Assembly (NCBI RefSeq): GCF_964204645.1 | Contig: NC_134027.1 | Coordinates: 22,468,560 to 22,532,559 of the forward strand | Direction: 5' to 3' | Length of the DNA: 64,000 bases | DNA from: Tubulanus polymorphus | Taxonomy: Eukaryota > Animalia > Nemertea | The notes under the pieces: model-generated | What the model saw: the letters and a program-made list of their open reading frames with translations, nothing else | Databases searched by the model: none | What the model was told of the DNA's origin: nothing | Made by a program: the position numbers and the translations under genes | In this document: in pieces, positions 60,799 through 64,000 of the stretch | Layout: every line of letters starts with the position of its first letter | Numbering within the stretch: position 1 is the stretch's first letter

Positions 60799-63700
60799 CT
60801 ACAATAGAAAATAGCATTCTTTTCATCATAGGTTAAATTTTGGATCGAAATCGTCAACTAGATCATAAGAATAGTTTTTTTTCAGAACTTTTTGGTCTAA
60901 TCCCCGAAAATTTGCATTAATTTCTAACATGATCTAGGCAGGAAAAACGCACACACATGCATTGACTGTTAGAATGTGATTAGTATCAATGACGATTCAA
61001 TATTAATGAGTAAAGATTTTCAATGAAACATATTTTCATTCCATGCTGCTTAGAATCATTTCCAAAATGGTTGCATGGAGTATAATGTTTTGTCGGTCTT
61101 ATTTCAAAATCTATCCTTACCACATTCGCGAATAGGCCAGATAGACCATAATTCAAGAGGTCGCCTCACCACCATCCTACGTGAGCCAAAATGGGCCTGG
61201 AAATTGATGCAATACCCTCCCTCATTCAAAATTACCAACCTCTACTACCTTTATGAACCAATGGATGATATGCTAGCTTCAAGTACAGTAGGCTCCTTCT
61301 TAGACGATGCCAGTCTACTCTAAAATCACTTTAGCCAGTGAACTTCACTTGGAAATACTTTCCATTTTCCTGATCCTCAACTCGATATCCATTTGGATTA
61401 GTGAAATATTTTATGGTCCATTTTATGACTGAATCTACGATGTATGCCCAAATTACTTTGTTTCAGGTTCGGGGATGAGGAATGAAATTATTTGTTTTCA
61501 AAAATGTGGAGTTTAAATGTTAAAGGTTCATGACTACTAATCCAATTTCACTATTCATTATTCTACACTGTCAATGTCTAGACATGTATAGCCTGGAGTA
61601 TACATGCATTTTCAAAACCATCTGGCAAAACATTAATACATTTCCTATCCTGCAAAATTGGCTCAGTTCATCGTGCACATTAACCTGGTTATGTTGTTTC
61701 ACTGGGCCATTAAAAAAGGTGTGAAAATGTGCAACAGGCTTTGAATAAAGGCTTGTTTTATGGCATCCGAGAATATGGAGGGCCCACTTAATAATTTATT
61801 TTGACTGCTGTTGATATGAGCATTTTTTATTGTAGGACGACATGGAGATGTGTCAATTGGTCACATTATTACTGACCAAAATATATCCTCCATATCTAGT
61901 ATCTGTCTGTTGTTCAGAGTGGTCTATTATGAATTTCTGAATACGGCAGAAGACAGATCACAGTGCACAGGGGCAGATCCAGGAATTATGAATCGGGAGG
62001 CCCAAAGCATCCAAGGCCTAGTTTTCGACATGCACGTGTTCTTTTTTACATGATGTGTAAAAAGCCCTTAAGGGATGGTTTGGGTCCCCAAGAAAATTTC
62101 TAAAAATTGACAGTTTTCTGAGTATCAAGATTGTTTCAAGAACATGAGCTTGCAACTGTAAATGCGGCTTTCATAACTCAAGTTGTCAAAATGTTATCTT
62201 GCTCCGATTTGGCCCCCTTGGATCCGTCCCTCGTCCAGGGCGAGCTTGCGCTTTGTAAACATGTCCTGGCACGTCCGAGATGACCACTCAACCAGGAACC
62301 AGGAACATAAATACAGGGTTGGGATTTTTGGGCGATAGTTGCAACCTCTATATAGTCATTTGGTGGAGTTCTAATAGTTGTTCCATATTCTGGATATCTT
62401 CGGACTGCTATTTACAGCCTTGAAGAAGATTTATTTTTCAATTCGCAGCAATTCACTACCATCAATGCACCTAATGAACCCCGGCCAGAGTCTAATCTGC
62501 GAAGTTTTGACCTTAGCTCAAGATTTTTTCGAAAGACGTTGGAAATGGATTCCACAAAAAATCCACCTTATATACCCATAAACCTTCACCACGAATAACA
62601 CTTAATACAACGCAACGATACAAAAATTTCAAGACTTATTTTATAAAGTTTATTTTTTATAAACATTTAGTTACAAATGCAACTTTTACTGGATTCTCCA
62701 ACGCGGTCAGAAGAGCACAGAATATTGAAGTTAGTTCTTGAGGCGATATTTAAAAAAAATCATTACTTTTTAAAAAAGATCATCGACAGAAGTACTACAC
62801 TGTTATATAGCAAAAACCCGACTTCAAATAAATTATTCCCTTGCACAGATAGGAAGATACTGCCAAGAAAATAATCAATCATAATAATAATTGTTATTCT
62901 ATAAGAAATATCAAGACACATTTTCTACTAAACACGTGATTGACTCAAAATATATCTATTTACGAACAGAGTGACATGATTTCTAAACTTATTTCTCAGT
63001 GGAAAGCTTAAAGAAAAACTTAATTCGGATTTACAATTTTTGTAACATGAGGAATAAGTTTAAGTTTATGCAGGTATCAGTGTGCAGTATCTTGGAACCA
63101 ACACGCTCATGACATATTCATCATTGTAGTTTGAAAACATTATGGTCTCAATAGATTTCTTCAAAAATCTAATAATCTAATTTTCATTGGCAGACTTTTT
63201 CATAACCACTTTCACCTTATGCCTAATGGGAGATCCTAAGCTCATATGAAGCCTGGATAATACAATATTGGAAGATGAATGGTGCAAGTATCGAATGAAA
63301 GGGTGCAGGGTTCCGACAGTATATTGATACCTGTATGGAAATCGTGTTACTTTGAAATTTAATCAAGGGAATCTTCTCAACTAATCACAAAAAGGTTACA
63401 AAATAGAAATTTAATTCAAAATCGGCTGCATTCGATAACGAGTACATCAGTTCAAGTGGAAAAATGATGGCCAAAACAAGACGTTTTTGGGTTTTGCGTG
63501 GCTGGGAGGTGAAAAACCTTGATCATTATAAATAAATAAATAATCAGCACAATACTAGTCCTAATCATAGTATCAACATGTACTTTGTATAGATACGAAA
63601 CAGACAGGGAGCAGCAGTCAGTTCCTAACTTCGGACAAATCGACATTTTGATTCTGAACACATTTGCACTGTACTTTTTCAGACTAACTAAAATTCCTCA

Positions 63701-64000
63701 AGATGAGCTTTCCAACATGTCACAAAATGTTATCCGAAATTCTTAAACTAAGCTGGTCCTCAATAGTGCATGTATTGTTCAAAAGCAAAATGATGATTCT
63801 TTTACAATTCGCTTCAAATTTAGTAGCACCGACGATTGTCGTGCCGACATGTCAAGACAATGATGTAAACAAATTTGCAACATGGTTCCAGGGACTGATT
63901 TTATAGACCTAGTTTCAACGTTAACCCATGTGAGCCAGTCATACAGTCCAGGCTTAAAGATAAGTTTCTGGCTCTAAAACCAATTAAACAACTTAAGCAT

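Noticed and set aside
61121-61196. Candidate upstream coding exon of the repeat protein (minus-strand donor gtaagg at 61120)
   Set aside because: The phase-0 frame needed for the 60798 acceptor contains a TGA. It could be UTR, but it cannot be supported as coding. A second candidate at about 63331-63380 is likewise unverified.

Overview
Animal genomic DNA (probably a marine invertebrate; the taxon cannot be fixed from the sequence), AT-rich, with spliceosomal introns and dense short repeats. There is no prokaryotic operon, CRISPR array or rRNA. Four host protein-coding genes are supportable. (1) A six-coding-exon, four-finger C2H2 zinc-finger gene (minus, 7202-12592, about 424 aa) whose N-terminal exon resembles the pre-GAF N-terminal helices of PDE10/PDE5-type phosphodiesterases. 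(2) A CD225/dispanin membrane protein (40421-41242). (3) A single-coding-exon class A GPCR (47607-48821), possibly flanked by decayed paralog relics. (4) A 5.2-kb terminal exon (minus, 55591-60798) encoding about 1735 aa of Asp-rich thrombospondin type-3-like Ca2+-binding repeats, with an amphipathic and polybasic C-terminus and no TSP C-terminal lectin domain. Mobile DNA includes a young 5'-truncated LINE with a hexanucleotide tail, a tRNA-derived SINE, a Penelope GIY-YIG relic, short Penelope-type elements carrying minimal hammerhead ribozyme cores, a Helentron-type non-autonomous element and many MITEs. Also present are a tandem repeat that appears derived from a MITE terminus and a dispersed ~50-bp repeat carrying a CTCF-like core. 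All calls come from manual reading; no searches were run.
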